Source of the DNA: a virus
DNA: 64,000 bases
Direction: 5' to 3' (one strand)
IMG/VR virus record: IMGVR_UViG_3300032296_001209
Span: 1-64,000 of that record
Shown: positions 36,701 to 50,100 of the stretch, one piece after another
Position numbering within the stretch: position 1 is the first letter of the stretch
Layout: every line of letters starts with the position of its first letter
Made by a program: the position numbers and the translations under genes
The notes under the pieces: model-generated
What the model was told of the DNA's origin: nothing
The model's input: the letters and a program-made list of their open reading frames with translations, nothing else
The model's database searches: none

Positions 36701-39354
36701 ATAGCTTTAATCTTATCAAGAATAACTTTCTTTTCATCATAGAAGCTTTCTTTAATAGATGTTCTTGTATTAGCTTTAACCCAATCATTAACGTTATCTT
36801 CAAATTCTGTATCACTAGAGAGTAAACCCTGATCTAAAAGATCTTGTTTAAATTGATTTAGCTTAAACTCAAATAGACCAGTGATCTCTTTATTTTCATA
36901 GAACTTACGAGACTCCTCTCTGTACTTTTTTTCTATCTTAGCCATCTCTAATTCATCACCAGTTTTTAATTTACCGGCTTCATCACGTAGTGAAGATAAC
37001 TGACTATACTTCTTCCATAGAATCTTCTTTTGTTCAAAAGCCTCATCTTCTGTAAGATCTTCAAATACCCTTTGATCTACATCAGCAATATCAGCTAGGA
37101 TGTTTTGCTTTCTTTGATATATGATAGAACCTAAATCAGAGTCATAGATTTTTTCTTTTGTATAAAACTCCGGTACAAACTCATCATGCATATAATCACG
37201 AGAGAATTGTCTGTACTGCTTGTTTAGTAATCTTGCTTTCTCTAAGTCTCCAACTCTTTTAGCATCTTCTATATCAAACTGAAACTGGCTTGTTACTTTT
37301 TCAAATGCTTTAAATGGATTAAGTAATACTAACTTAGTAATGGTTTTAGGGTTACCATTCTCATCACGTACAATAACTTCTTGCTCAGATACTAATTCTT
37401 TCATTAGTTCTGTAATGTTCTTATCAGAGTAACCGGCTTGTTTTAATGCTGGTAATAACTCTCTTAAGAAATCATCTTTATTCTTCTTAGCCTTTAACTC
37501 TACATCAGTGTAGGCATTGTCTAAGAATACTGAGAAACTAGCAATAATAGGATCCGGTGAACTTGCAAATGATTCTACATAAGCAGATAAAGCATTAACA
37601 TCACCACGCATTCCTGATAAGTAATCATCAACTGTAGCACGGTTTAATTTTAATCTATCCCACTCTTCTTGTACCTCTCTTATTTGTTTTGGAGTAGCAT
37701 TTTTAGATCTTAACTTCTCAAGCTTATTAGTAAAGTATGTATCTACATTTTTAGATAAGGGCTCAAGTTGTTCTGTTAATACTCCACCAACTCCTTTTTT
37801 ATAAATCTCATTAATAAGTCTGTCAGCTTGCTCTGCTTTCTTACCCATCTTAGCAAATAAAGCAAATAATGAACTATCTGTACGTAAACCGGCATCAGTT
37901 AAACCATTAGTAGTTTCTTGAATAAACTTATTCCAGTTACGTAATAAGATGTCATAATAGAATGTTTGATTGATAACCTCTTTAGTATCACCAAGAGCTT
38001 TCATATCTGTTAACTTATCTATTATTCTATCTAATAAGACATCTGTCTGTAGAGCGCTTCTTACACTAGCTGTAATTTGTTTCTCTCTCTTATCAACTTC
38101 ATCTTTAAATTTCTTAACCTTATCATCTACTGTAGTTGTTTCAGCAACACGTAAGTTATCTACTATATCTTTAAGAATAGATCTTCCTGATTCAGTTGTA
38201 ATTGTGTCTACAACATCAGAATAGTTTTGGTTTGTCCTAATTCTATTTAACTGTGATCTAGAGTTAGAAAAGAATCTATTAACTACTTGAATAAGTACAT
38301 CAGTATTAACTTTATCTAGGTCGTTATACAGAGTTTGATTATTCTTTGCATATAGTACTAGGTCTTCCGGTGTAATAATCTCTGTTGTAAGAATAAAGTT
38401 CTCTCCAACTAACATATCAGCTAACTGATTAAGTGTAGTATCTACAGATAACTTCTCAATCTTTATACCTTTACCAAATATTTTTCTGATTAACTGCTTA
38501 ATAGCAAATAACAGGTTAGAGATAAATGAATTAAATCCAGGAGTAGCAGATACTTTATTAGCTTTCTGTACAGCAGCTTGCTCTAAAGCTCTTACAAATA
38601 CTTCCTGAGCAAAATTAGGGTTAGTAATATCATACTCAGGATATAGTTCAGATACAGTATTTACAAGTGTAGCGCCTTCTGGTGTACTAATAATCTGATT
38701 GTATAGATTATTAAACAACTCATAGTTACTTAAATATAAACTTCTAACTATAGGGTGTGCATATTCATGCAGTACGTGATTTAATTTAAACCCATTCTCA
38801 ATAAGATATACAGTGTCCTGATAATAAAATGCAGGCTCACCATTCCAGGGAGAAGTTGTATCTTTTGTAATCTCTGCGGCTTGCTCAGCAGATATCATCT
38901 TATAGTTAATACCTGTCTGAGATGCTAAGTTATTAGCAAACTTAGTTGCTATCTCTTGAGCTTTTACACCCTCTTGTAACTCTACAGATGGAAACAAACT
39001 ATTTAAAAAGTCTTCATCAGCAACTCTGTAATAGTCAGGACTTTCATCAGTGATATTGTTTTTCTTTTTATACTCTTCCCAGTAATGATCAATAACAAAA
39101 CTTGGAGGATTAACAAATACTCTAGCTGTACCATCCCATGTAATAAAGTCAGCCATATTGGTTCTCCAATACTGATTTAATCCTATTACTGCCTTTACAA
39201 TAGATGAGGCACCGGCTCTTGTATCACCGGCAGCATTAACATAAAATGTAGTTAAACTATCTGTTGGAGATAAGAACTGTCCAACCTCTTTAGCTAAAGC
39301 TTTTTTATATGTCTTTAGTACATCATTCTGTATATCTAATCTACACTTACTCAT
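33796..39354 (-). CDS. giant ejected virion protein with zincin domain
   Basis: HEYAH at 38755-38769; C-terminal hydrophobic helix; start MSKC coupled by ATGA. Confidence 0.75.
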   Translation of the reverse strand: MSKCRLDIQNDVLKTYKKALAKEVGQFLSPTDSLTTFYVNAAGDTRAGASSIVKAVIGLNQYWRTNMADFITWDGTARVFVNPPSFVIDHYWEEYKKKNNITDESPDYYRVADEDFLNSLFPSVELQEGVKAQEIATKFANNLASQTGINYKMISAEQAAEITKDTTSPWNGEPAFYYQDTVYLIENGFKLNHVLHEYAHPIVRSLYLSNYELFNNLYNQIISTPEGATLVNTVSELYPEYDITNPNFAQEVFVRALEQAAVQKANKVSATPGFNSFISNLLFAIKQLIRKIFGKGIKIEKLSVDTTLNQLADMLVGENFILTTEIITPEDLVLYAKNNQTLYNDLDKVNTDVLIQVVNRFFSNSRSQLNRIRTNQNYSDVVDTITTESGRSILKDIVDNLRVAETTTVDDKVKKFKDEVDKREKQITASVRSALQTDVLLDRIIDKLTDMKALGDTKEVINQTFYYDILLRNWNKFIQETTNGLTDAGLRTDSSLFALFAKMGKKAEQADRLINEIYKKGVGGVLTEQLEPLSKNVDTYFTNKLEKLRSKNATPKQIREVQEEWDRLKLNRATVDDYLSGMRGDVNALSAYVESFASSPDPIIASFSVFLDNAYTDVELKAKKNKDDFLRELLPALKQAGYSDKNITELMKELVSEQEVIVRDENGNPKTITKLVLLNPFKAFEKVTSQFQFDIEDAKRVGDLEKARLLNKQYRQFSRDYMHDEFVPEFYTKEKIYDSDLGSIIYQRKQNILADIADVDQRVFEDLTEDEAFEQKKILWKKYSQLSSLRDEAGKLKTGDELEMAKIEKKYREESRKFYENKEITGLFEFKLNQFKQDLLDQGLLSSDTEFEDNVNDWVKANTRTSIKESFYDEKKVILDKIKAIVDGLPKDAASKLKQDELWEELIDISVGFRNADGQIVGSEMSEERIKRVKELQKELIKIKDNMAGFSGLSKLQFERYIELAKLIKSRRASINDKEEFKELDKLKGEGAVDRLTKKTLLNLYSQLSDMQSKEPTDDYLSAFNNNLEAIDPAKLAGFTISEINTDNSDNFLKPAFLSKYFKASPEFKEWFLANHIETEKYNSKTKKDERVYERLYVWNVTIPSDLEYYNTYTYNDVNPSTGETTEVTLDRIPTMDFYRRAVKKEYRTGYNKTTGKVERKVGVHVDNRGNWLPRTVAEGAKDDSYINKAYYDLQKNSPDKANVLDVITKYTLLFQEDKTKYSRLYLDIPRFRKLKSELVGGSLNRGAEKVKTFVKQVKDAVTTSQDDFDQGFNYDDAFNLVRADMFDEEISSIPVKGLYKLDIDQVSLNVPYSLLQYMFSLEHQKKLIELNPIAQALQKVVNNSENSIKDTSKVNGYNWVTNNIKSFVAKKGKNVRAEAINTLIEREFKGQTKAGWLSEPTTLSKAVDILQSQSSFGMFAFNILPSAVKNFGGAVTQMIIESGGGKYLNKRSYLQGQSKALKIMTDISANIYNPGEKSIDYQLVEIFDPIKGRFQERFGTEFGRSFGTDLADSLMFGAGKGISNGVYTAPRKWLENEGTLSLFAGMMIFKKIPQTVNGQTNMINYIDAWEKDGQGIIKLKPGIDETYAPGGAEFKAMRNTIQEKSNDLQGAYSLMDKVMLDKYAVWRMFSGLRRFFTRMFVNRFSPLRYNMRSGDMTEGYYRSFARFLKSFVSRASSGNMYMTDDEAYAAKKIVTEGISITLLALIIAYLFDYDPDDEERFEKMRQRSGDLLSDNFNAGGWLVNHALVATMGTRQETITFLNPKEYVGLVYNGGAPTLGPVVDKYKDFGTNLLHLLSNDNRAYYTRDVGPYSWQKEGAPKIFNDFGYLFGFTGNQIDPVKALKGMEYQIRR

Positions 39355-41102
39355 AATTTGCAACTATTGTATGTTTCATCTTGAACTTCAGGATATCCTA
39401 TTGGGGCATATGTATTAACTGGTTCTGCATTCTCATCCGTATTAAAACTAGTAGTGCCATCAGCAAAAGAGAAATATCTATATCCAGCGTTTGTAAACTT
39501 AAATGCATTATCAATAAAGGGATCATAGTAAATTAAATCTACTATATCTTTTGACCTACCCATTTTAACTTTAGCTTCAAAGATTTGTTTCCAGTCTTTA
39601 AAGTAGTTATCAAATATTTCAGGATAGTTACCTTCTGCAGTACGTACAAAGAAATCAAAAGTATAAGCTATGATGTTACCTTTATCATCATACTGCTTTT
39701 TACCAGCTTCATCTAATATAGGTATAATACCTTGCACGGTTACTGTCTCTTGATTAGCTTTATGGTCTTTACCAATAAATGCATTAGTCATCTCAAAGGT
39801 CGGATATTTTTCAGTAAAAGATTTATACCAATTTTGATCTTCTATAAATTCTTTTACTTTAGCTGTAAACTCATTTTGGTCTTTAATAAATATTCCCTTA
39901 TGATGTAACCAACCATAGAACTCACTATAGTTTTCTTCTTTCTGAACAGTACCTAATTCTATAACCCCATCAATATCATGTATATCTTCATCTATAGCTC
40001 TATAGACGGTGCCATAATATCTTAATACCATAGAACCACTTAACTTATAACCCATACTAGGATTATTAAGCATAAAGTCTATAATTGATTTAGCCTTTGC
40101 ATCTTTAGATAAAGTTTGATTGTACTTTTTTATCTCTAATTGTTTAAATGCTCCTAGATTATTTTTATCAGGAACTAATAAAGAGTCACCAACTTTTTCT
40201 ACACCACGTGTAAAAATATTATAATTACCTTTATAGATATCATCTACTAAATCTAATACTCTATCCTCTAGATCTTGCTGATTAAGTTTATCAAACTTAT
40301 TTCTAAACAAGGACAAAAATAAATCATGAATCTTATACCATAATTTTTGTAGAGCACTGGATTGTTTATCATAAGGATTATACTTAAAACCTCGTTTTTC
40401 AAAATACTGTTTATCTATATCACCATTACCTCGCTCACTTCTAACAAATGTGGTTAAATCTCTTCCGTAAAAATCTGTAAGACCCTCAGTAATAAAATCT
40501 ATAATTACTTGTTTGTGTGCAGTAAAATTAAAAGTTCTATCTGCATACATATCAACAAGATACGCTGGTAAATCACTATCTTTATCTAGATTTTCTTTAG
40601 TAAAAATATCTTCTACCTCTGTAGTATCTTCTAACTTTAATCTATAAGATCTGTATAGATCTTTATACTTAGACCAACTTTTAATATTAAACCAAAGATT
40701 GTTATAGAGCTCACTCTTCTTACCTAAAAAACTAAGCATGATGTTAGCCACTTGCTTTGGTACAATTTCTTCAGCACCATCTCTAATAGCTAAATACTTT
40801 TGTAATAAATCAAATCCAGCTAAAGGATTACCGGGAACATTATTTAATACAGCTTCAGCAACATTACCACCCTCAACTTTAATATTAAGAGCCTTTACAA
40901 AATCTAGTAATATCTTATTAGTTCCTGCAGATAATTTAGGATTAAGAGGAATAGAATTCTTTTTTCTATTTACAATATTCTTATATACAGTAGCTGGAGG
41001 ATTGCCCTCAAACTTATCCCAAAGATAAGTAGCCATCTTTGTACCTTGGAATGCTTCTAACCTTTGAAAGTCAGGATCTGATTTTATAGGACAGGTTGCC
41101 AT
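39351..41102 (-). CDS. virion cargo protein with Pol-beta-type nucleotidyltransferase domain
   Basis: LSGS...HDID...FDFF...K.KMGRSKDIVDL; start MATCP (TAATG overlap). Confidence 0.65.
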   Translation of the reverse strand: MATCPIKSDPDFQRLEAFQGTKMATYLWDKFEGNPPATVYKNIVNRKKNSIPLNPKLSAGTNKILLDFVKALNIKVEGGNVAEAVLNNVPGNPLAGFDLLQKYLAIRDGAEEIVPKQVANIMLSFLGKKSELYNNLWFNIKSWSKYKDLYRSYRLKLEDTTEVEDIFTKENLDKDSDLPAYLVDMYADRTFNFTAHKQVIIDFITEGLTDFYGRDLTTFVRSERGNGDIDKQYFEKRGFKYNPYDKQSSALQKLWYKIHDLFLSLFRNKFDKLNQQDLEDRVLDLVDDIYKGNYNIFTRGVEKVGDSLLVPDKNNLGAFKQLEIKKYNQTLSKDAKAKSIIDFMLNNPSMGYKLSGSMVLRYYGTVYRAIDEDIHDIDGVIELGTVQKEENYSEFYGWLHHKGIFIKDQNEFTAKVKEFIEDQNWYKSFTEKYPTFEMTNAFIGKDHKANQETVTVQGIIPILDEAGKKQYDDKGNIIAYTFDFFVRTAEGNYPEIFDNYFKDWKQIFEAKVKMGRSKDIVDLIYYDPFIDNAFKFTNAGYRYFSFADGTTSFNTDENAEPVNTYAPIGYPEVQDETYNSCKL

Positions 41103-44100
41103 TAGCCACAAATTTCTTTTAATATTTCACCAATTGTATCTTCATCATATCCCATTTCTTCTAGCATTTTAGAATTAATAGCAGATGCTGGATAAATGTT
41201 ACCATCAACTAAAGTTACCTCTTTTTCTTTTACAACTTGATCCTCAGTATCTGGGGCACTATCAGCATCTTCTTCAAAGACCTGATTGATAGGTTGCACA
41301 GAATAAATATACTCTTTAAATTCCGGATCTTCTGCAAACACAGGATTTTTATACCCAAAGTTATAGTATAACTCTTTAAATAACTCCATATAAGCTGGCT
41401 TATCAATATTAGGATCATCATTTAAGATACCATATCCTTCTTTGTTAAAGAGTAATGTTTTACCAGCCTCATATAATTCTATAAGAGTAGTAACAGTATC
41501 CTCTACTAACTTCATATTGTTAGCAGTATCTGCAGCATTTAAGTATTTAGCTTTACCAACAAATGATTCAAAGATTGGTAATCCTATAGTAGTACCAGTT
41601 ACTTTACTAGCATTACCTAAGTAAGTATCTGAAGCAATAACATTAGTTCCGGTATTATCTTTTGCTTTACTATATATACCAACTAGACCTGAGTATTTAT
41701 TAATCAGTCCTATAGTACGCATCTTACCATAAGAATAAGTATATACTCTAGGAGTTAATGTTGAAGATGTACCCTCTGGTAATTTAGGAACTTCATCACC
41801 CATCTTTTCAATAGTATTATCTACTACATAGTTTTTAAACCTGTACTTAGTAATGTTATTTCTAGAGTTCTGCTCACCAAACTTTTTATAGTATCTGTAT
41901 AAAGCAGTATTACCCTTATCACTTTCTAATACTTTAGTGAACTTATCAATGTTTTCTTTAATGATATCTTTAAAGTTATTACTAGATAAGATAGGAACAA
42001 ATGATAAGTATGACTTATTCATACCAGACTGCATGAATCCAAAGATAGATAACTTGTTAAAGAACTCAGAAATCTCTCTATTGATAATAGGATCAGGATT
42101 CTTTTCTACATTTACATCAGATAGTTCTTCAAACTGGATATTCATTTCTTCTAAGAAATCAGGATCTTTTGTATCACCAGTTAAACGTAAGTTTTTAATT
42201 GTTGCATTCTTAGTAGGAGTCTTAATCTGCTGCGAATCATAAACCAGGTAATCAAACAAACTATAGTCTTTATTTTCTATAGCATTCTTTACCATCTCAA
42301 ACTTATCTGGGAAACTATTGGTACCAAAGAACATTGACTTCAGATTGTATACATTATGTAAAGCATCTTGAACAAGACCTTTTTCATAGATATCATCTGA
42401 AAAAATACCTTTATCTCTAGTAGCACGTAAGTATTCTCTCTCTAAAACAAAAGCAGTATACTGTTTTTCAGAACTAAATAAAGGTATAACATCTGTACGT
42501 TTATCAGCTGGTAATTTTGCTAAACCTGTTTCTTCATACTCAGCCTTAGAATAAGTTTTATTATTATACTCCTCACGTAACTTGGCTCTATCTAAATAGA
42601 TCTTACCTTCATAGTATACAGCGCTTCTTTTAAGACCTCTTACCTTCTCTACATCAATAGAATCACTTACAGCATAACCTTTGTAATCTTTTACTGTATT
42701 GATATCTACAGATCCAATACTATTCTGAATGATAAACTGAAGAAGATCATTTCTAAATAAATCTACAAATGATTCTACATCTTTATACTCTTCACGGATG
42801 ATATTATAGTTGTTGTTAATTATATCAGTTAAGTAAGTATTTATGGTATCACTTGCTCTTAATGGGAAGTAATCTTTAAATACGTTTAAGATATAATCCT
42901 GTATAAAGAATGGAGCAATAGAAGATTGATTTTCCATTCTTGTTGTAATCTCTTGAGGTAATCTATTACCCTCCTCTAATTGTTCTAATTTACTTAAACG
43001 ACTCTTTGCTTGGAACAAGTTACCAGACTTCTTAGTATCAACGTTAGTAGAAGAAGAAATTTCCCGCATTACTTGTGCTTGATCCTCTACTTCTAAGAAA
43101 TGTATAAAGGATAACATAGCAAGAGGACTTCTTTTCTCACCATTCTGTACAACCTTTTTAATATTCTCATTAGAGATAGCATAAACATTATAAGCTTTAG
43201 TCATAATGTCTACTGCTGCAGTTAAAGATTTTTTAGAAGCCAATGGATTCTTCATTGTATTTGCATTATACAATTGCTTAAGTAAGAAAGGATCCTTTAT
43301 TTTTTTCTTTAACTCAAGTTTATGCTCAGGATCAAATAAACCATATTTGTTTATTACATACTGTTTTGCTTTAAACTTTAAGAAACCAGGACCTTTAGCA
43401 CTATCTCCAGAAGCATCTAATGATTTAGTGTACATACCATTTAATACTCTGTATGCAGATATATAATCTCTAATTAAAGGTTGTGATAAGAAATAAGAAG
43501 CAGTTTCAACATCAACACCGGCTTGTAACATATACAACAATGTAGGTGTTAACTCGTAGATAGCATTCATATCAAATACCCAAGAGTCTTTTTCAACATC
43601 CACCCATCCATTCATAAGCTGAGATATTACATCTGAGATATAAACAGCTGAATCTTTAGAGTTAAGATCTGATAAAGATATTTTACCATCCTCTGTTTTG
43701 TTATGTTTAAATAGAATACGATTCTTAGCAGTTCTTGTCTTTCCTTTACTATCTAAGAAAGTATAAGTCTTATTTAAATATGCACCAACACGGTTAAGAA
43801 GTACTGAATATTTGTTTGATACAGCACCAATACCTAAAGTTAATTTACCAATGTTATTAGACTCATGCTTATATAAGTTATTCTGAGTCTCAAACATTCT
43901 TGTTGGAGAAATAATAAATTCAGAACTCTGGAACTCAGCTTTAGCTCTTGGATCATATTCTCTATTATATTTTGCTAATTCATCTGCAATTGGTTTAACA
44001 ATATCTGTTTCGTTAGGAGTAATAAGCTGAACAAAGTTTTCCTTAATCTCCATTATACCAATCATAGACTTAATGATCTCATTCTCAATACCTCTTATAG

Positions 44101-47100
44101 TGGTATCATCTGTAGTCATCATAGCTTCTTTACTAAATAAATCATCTAATAAAGACTTATACTCAGAATCTGTAGTAGTATCTTTAGCAATACCTATATT
44201 AGGCATTAGAATACTTAACTTATCAATATCAAAGTCACCACCAGACTTAGCAACTAGTTCAGTTGGAACAATTACAATAGATCCGGCTTCTGGAGGTAAG
44301 AACTCACCAACCTCCATGTATTCAATAGAGTTAAGACCTTGTACAGGAATACGTACACCGATCATTTTGATGGTTTCTCCGTTAATACTTTGCCATAATG
44401 TATCTTTTAGCATTTCATTAAGTCTAGCTAATGTATTTACTGGCTTACCATCTGTATGAATAGTAGTTAAAAGCTTTAAGAAATCACCTTGTAAAGCAAT
44501 CTTTACTTGCATTGGTGTAATCTTACCGTCTACTATATCATAAAAAGCAAGACCATTTGTACCATACTTTAATAGATCTTCTTTAGATGGATTACTAAAC
44601 TTAGGATTCTCAAATCCGGAACTAGATACTTGTACTAACTGCTCACCCCTTACAGTAGGTCTTACAATCTTTCTTTCAATGATTGCAACAAGCTGCTTCT
44701 CAATAGCATTAGAATTGATAATACTATCAAAGTCATACTTTAAACTACCATCCTCATTTACATCTAGAATATCCATCTGATGTTCAGGAACCTCTAAACG
44801 TACTAATTCTTTCTGGATAGCTTTAATTAAATCTTTCGGATCTCCTTTAATTAGTTTACCATCAGCACTAAATTCTAGGCCTACCTCTTTAAATAACTTC
44901 TGCTTATAGAACTTTACATAGTTATCAATAGCTTTCTCATATCGCTCTACAATTGGTTTATATTCTTTCTTAAGAGGTTTACCATTAGCATAAAGGTTAG
45001 TCTCAATAATTGTACGTAACTGAGAAGACAATGTAACTTTACCTTTAAAGTATGGAGCAATGTCTAACTGATTCTTAAAGAAGTTTAAGTTAATACCATT
45101 TATAGGATACTCACCAGAATATAATGTGCGCTTTGTAGCGTCCGTATACATATTAGGAATAGTACCATCTTCTAATGTAATATTAGAGATCTTACTACCT
45201 GACTTATATAATGCATAAGATATACCTTGCTCAAGCAATTGCTTATGAAACTGCTCTAAGTTAGTATCCTTAATAACTGAAGGAATCAAAGGCATCAATG
45301 AAAACTTATGTAATCCAGAAACATTTAGTTTCTCTGTTTTTAAAGGACCATAATAACTGGCTTTTAATACTGGGAAGAACTCAGATGCTTTTCTAGGATC
45401 TACAGAAGCAGGATCATTAATAATCTGGTTATACAAATCTTCTTGTATATCAGACCATTTATTTAAAGATCTTAAGAAGTTACGATAGAAATCAAAAGTA
45501 ATCCAACCCTGACCATCACCTTCAGTAATCTTTTTATAAGGTTTTAAAATCTTTTCAGCTCTATCTTCACTTACTCCAAGACTAGTTAATAACTGTTTGT
45601 AGTGACTATAGTATACTGATTCTGGTTCTACATCATCAAGAACTGTAGTTTTAACAGCTGAATCAAATCTTAACTTTGGTAAACCTTCTTTCTCAGCATA
45701 TGTATTGTTACTTGTATTATTTAAGTAATCAATAGTGTACTTATCTAAAATACTAAAGTCTCCTGTAGAAGCAATAGCTGCATTACGTTTAGGAAACTCT
45801 TCTTTGTCATGCTTAAACTGAGAAGCATCACCATAAAATAGTTGTGTCTCAAAGTTATTAAACCATGAGTTATACGTATAAACCTCATTTACTAACTCTA
45901 ATTGATCTTGAGGATTAATAGCATATATATTAGTTTTATCTAAACCTTTACCAATTCTAGTTTCTTCAGCAATCTTATTTCTAATTTCAGGACTTAGTAA
46001 TACACTTCCAGTAACAGCACTAATCTGAGTCCAGATCTTATAATTAGTTTTAATCTGATTATCAAAATATTTACCTGAATCTTTTTTAATAGCTTTCTCT
46101 AGTTCTTCAGAGTAAACTATATCATCTATAGAATCTGCATTATCTACTAACTCGTAAAGCTTAGCTTTAGTAGGACCAGATAATACAGAATCAAAAGCCA
46201 TAATCTTAGTACCATTCTTCTTAAAACTATCTACGTTTTGTAGTGAAGGAATGTTTTTAATGTACCAGATTCTTTCTAATTCAGCAGATAAGTAGTTTAA
46301 GATAATAGGCATTGCAGAATCATGTCCATATCTAGCTACATCTTTAATAGGTAGTATTAAATTATCTACTCCAGATTCACCGTAGTATTTATTCATACCA
46401 ACACCATAAGAAGAACTTTTACTAGCGTGTCTAGGAAGCTCTGGTGTTTTACCTAAGATAATGGCATGTACATCAAACATAAACTTATCATACTTATTAA
46501 GTTTGTTTGTTTTAATACCTTCAACAGTAATACCATTAAAGTCTCTACGGATACCACTTAAGTTCTCTAAACTAAGAATAACATCTTTTCTTCTATTACC
46601 ATTAGCATCAAAGAGAGAGTTAATGATATAAGAATGTTTAGCATAAGGATTATTATTAGGATGGTAAACACTTAAGTATTGAAACTCAGGATCTTGTAAC
46701 ATCTGATCCATAAACTCAAGTTTATTAAGACCATCAATGATCTGACTTAAAGAGTTTCTTAATGATGTTTCATACTCCATGTTACCTTCAGGATTCATGA
46801 TACCAGTACTAAAATCACTAGAAGTATATCTTGCCTGCAGAGTTAAAAGTTTACTTACATATCCCGCTTGATTACCCTGCTTAGGATCCCTAAAGAACTT
46901 AATAGGGTTAGTAATTATAGTTTTATTTTCTTTAGCTTTTTCTAAAGCTTCTATTAAATAATCAAATGCAATATGTGTCTCCTTGCTTTTTCTATCTACT
47001 ACAGCATTCTCTAGTGCTGCTCTTAAAGTAGGATTATTATCCAAATAGAAACCTATAGCTTTTAAAAAGTCAAATACATTATACTTATTAATTAATGAAA

Positions 47101-50100
47101 AGTCTTCAAGTACCTTATCTATATTTAAAATAGGTGTTGAACCTTTCTTTCTAATTACATACTTAGATTTACTAACTAGGAACTTAGAATTAAAAGTATT
47201 AATGATCTTTGTTGTATCACTAGTAGCTCTCTGAATGTATGTAGAAACTTTAGTTGAACTAGGTTTTCCTTCCTCTTCTTCAATAGAAGTAGAAAGCCTG
47301 TGCTCTATAATAGGAGTTACTGTTTTATTAAATGTTTGAGCAAATCCTAACCAACGTTTAAAGTTAGCATTATTAATTTGAGATTGACTTGGATCTCCCA
47401 ACTTAGCAATTAACTGTGCTACTTCTGGAAAACTTTCTTGTAAGCCAATTAACTTAGTATATATCTCATCAAAACTATTTGAGTTAATTAAGGTTTTAGA
47501 TATGGTACTCCAAGCTTTACCAAACTCAACAAGCTTATTAAAACCTAATCTGTTCTTGATAGGTTCTCCGTTTGCTTTTACTTGGTATAAACTCTTAACC
47601 ATATAAAGAGCTTGTTTAGAAGCTAACTCTTTTAATGATTTATCATTACCGGTACGGTCAAAACTATCTATACTTGGATCTGACTTATCTTCTTCTGCTT
47701 CAAGAACTTTTGCTTCAAATGCTAAGTACTTAGATTTTTGTCTATGATAAGCAATAACACCTGATTTTTCTTTACCAGAAATAACGTTATCTAATTCACC
47801 AAAGTTATTAATAGCATACTCTAAAATCCGAATATTATTTCTATCTACAGTATCAGCACCATCAGGATCATTTTCAACTCTAGCAATTGTATCAGTTAAA
47901 ATATCTTGAAAGTACTGCTTAGTATTCTTATATAAGAAATCTAATGCTCTCTTATCACTATAAATAGCTGAAACGTTTAATCCAGTAGCATTAATAATTT
48001 CTGAAAAAGCACCATCAACTGATTCATTGATTAACCTACTATCTGATAAACTAATACTTGGTTCTTCTTCATTTAATGGATCTATACCTCTATACAAGTT
48101 ACCAAACTGCATGTTCTCTACAGAGTACGCATACTCAAATAGATTACCCAATCTTAAGTTATCATATAACTCTTTTACTAATGGTACAACAGTGGGGTCT
48201 ACAATATCAGTTTGACCGGTAAAGAAAGCTTTTACAATACGCCATAATTTCTGGAAGATGCTCTCATTAGGTTTAACAAGAATTTTCTTACCATCAGATA
48301 ACACATAACCTCTAAAGTCTTCAGCTAAGTATTCTTCTACTTGCTTATCTGTAGCATTAGCTAAATACTTAACTCCTTTTCTTACTGAATTATATAAGCT
48401 TTGCTTTTGATCTTGTGTTAATAGTAACTGAGAGAATGCATGCCATGCTTCATGGTATAACGTAGTGTAATCTTTTTTACCGGCTTTTGTAAATAATGTA
48501 ATACCACTAGAACTAAATAGTCCCAATGCATCTGAGTTAGTTAAAGCAATTGCTTCATTAACCGGAATCATTGTAGAAAGTTTTACTTTCTCACCATCTA
48601 CCATAACCTCTAAAGATCCATACCAATCTTTAATCTTCTTAATCTCTTCAGGTGTAGTATTTACAGTTTTAAATCCGGCTCTTTTTAGACTATTATTAAT
48701 ATCATTAATAAGGTCCATATCAAATGTACCTTTAAAACCAGAGGGTGTAGTATTTACATTCTGATTCTTGATAACAGTTTTAGGTTTAGCTTTTACTTTA
48801 GCTTTTGGTTTGGTTTCTTTAGTCTCTTCTTCAGCTGGTACCTCTTGTTTCTTTTCAGTTGGATACATTTCTTCTAATGCCTCTACTGTAAATTCATACT
48901 GCAGACTGGGATTAAAAGTTTTAATAGTACCATCATTACGTAATACAGTAAATACTACGGTATTCTGTCTTACAAAGTCATTATAGTTAACCTTACTTTT
49001 TGCAAACTTTCCTGACTTATAGTTAGGTACATCTATCTTACCATCAATGTTATCCTTTGATATGTTTATATAAGCAGTAGCTAATTGCTCTGCTATAAAA
49101 TCTTCATCAGCTAAATCCGGATTTTCAGAATCATATATCACATCCTTATCTGAATAGATACTTAACAATGGTTTCTTAGTAGTATTATCATAACTGATAT
49201 TAAAAGTACCATCATTAATATTATAGATGTTCTCTAGTATTCCAAACTTTACAGCGGTTGATACTTTAGGATCTACAATAAGCTTTGCAAGATTCTTAGC
49301 TAACTCAGCAGATGTTTTATTTGGAAATATCTGTACTAGATCACCAAACTTATCTAACTTCAAATATGTTTTACCAAAGTTATCAAACTCTATATTACTA
49401 ATAGTATCTGAAGTAACATTACTTACCTCTGTTAACTTAACAGGAGTATCAGATAATAAGTTAAAACCAGATCTACCACCAACTATATTTAAAGGTAAAG
49501 CTAAAGTCTTATTACCTATGAAGGTCTTAATAAACTTATCTACTAACTGTACTTCTTTAGTTCTTTGATCCTCTAATTGTTTTCTTAAGACATCAGCATC
49601 TGGAATTTCTACTCCAGCTTTAGCAGCCCTAGCAATAGTTCTTTCTACAAGTTCATCTATAGGTGCAAGACTGGTTTCACCACTCTCTATAAATATAAAT
49701 TCTCTTTTACCCTTATTAGTGTTAGGGGTAATGAAATCAGTTACGGGAATAATAGCACCTTCTGCTTCATCCTGACCCTCAATGTTTGTAATATAACCTC
49801 TGCTATTTACAAAGATTTTCTTATATCCATCTTTAGTAAGTGTGGCAAAAGATAACTGTGTAATTCTACTACCTCTAGATGTAATTATATCAGTAGGAAT
49901 CATATAGATCCCTTTGATCTTGGTACCGTTAGATGCGGTTATCTCTATTTGTTCAGCACTATTTAGATTTTGTTTACTTAATCTATCTAGAATAGAACGC
50001 ATAAATGCATATGTAGCAATCTTTTCAGGATCTGGATCTGCCTCACCTATTAGTTCACCCTCATCATTAACCTCTTCTTCTTGACCAGTGGTAACTAGAC

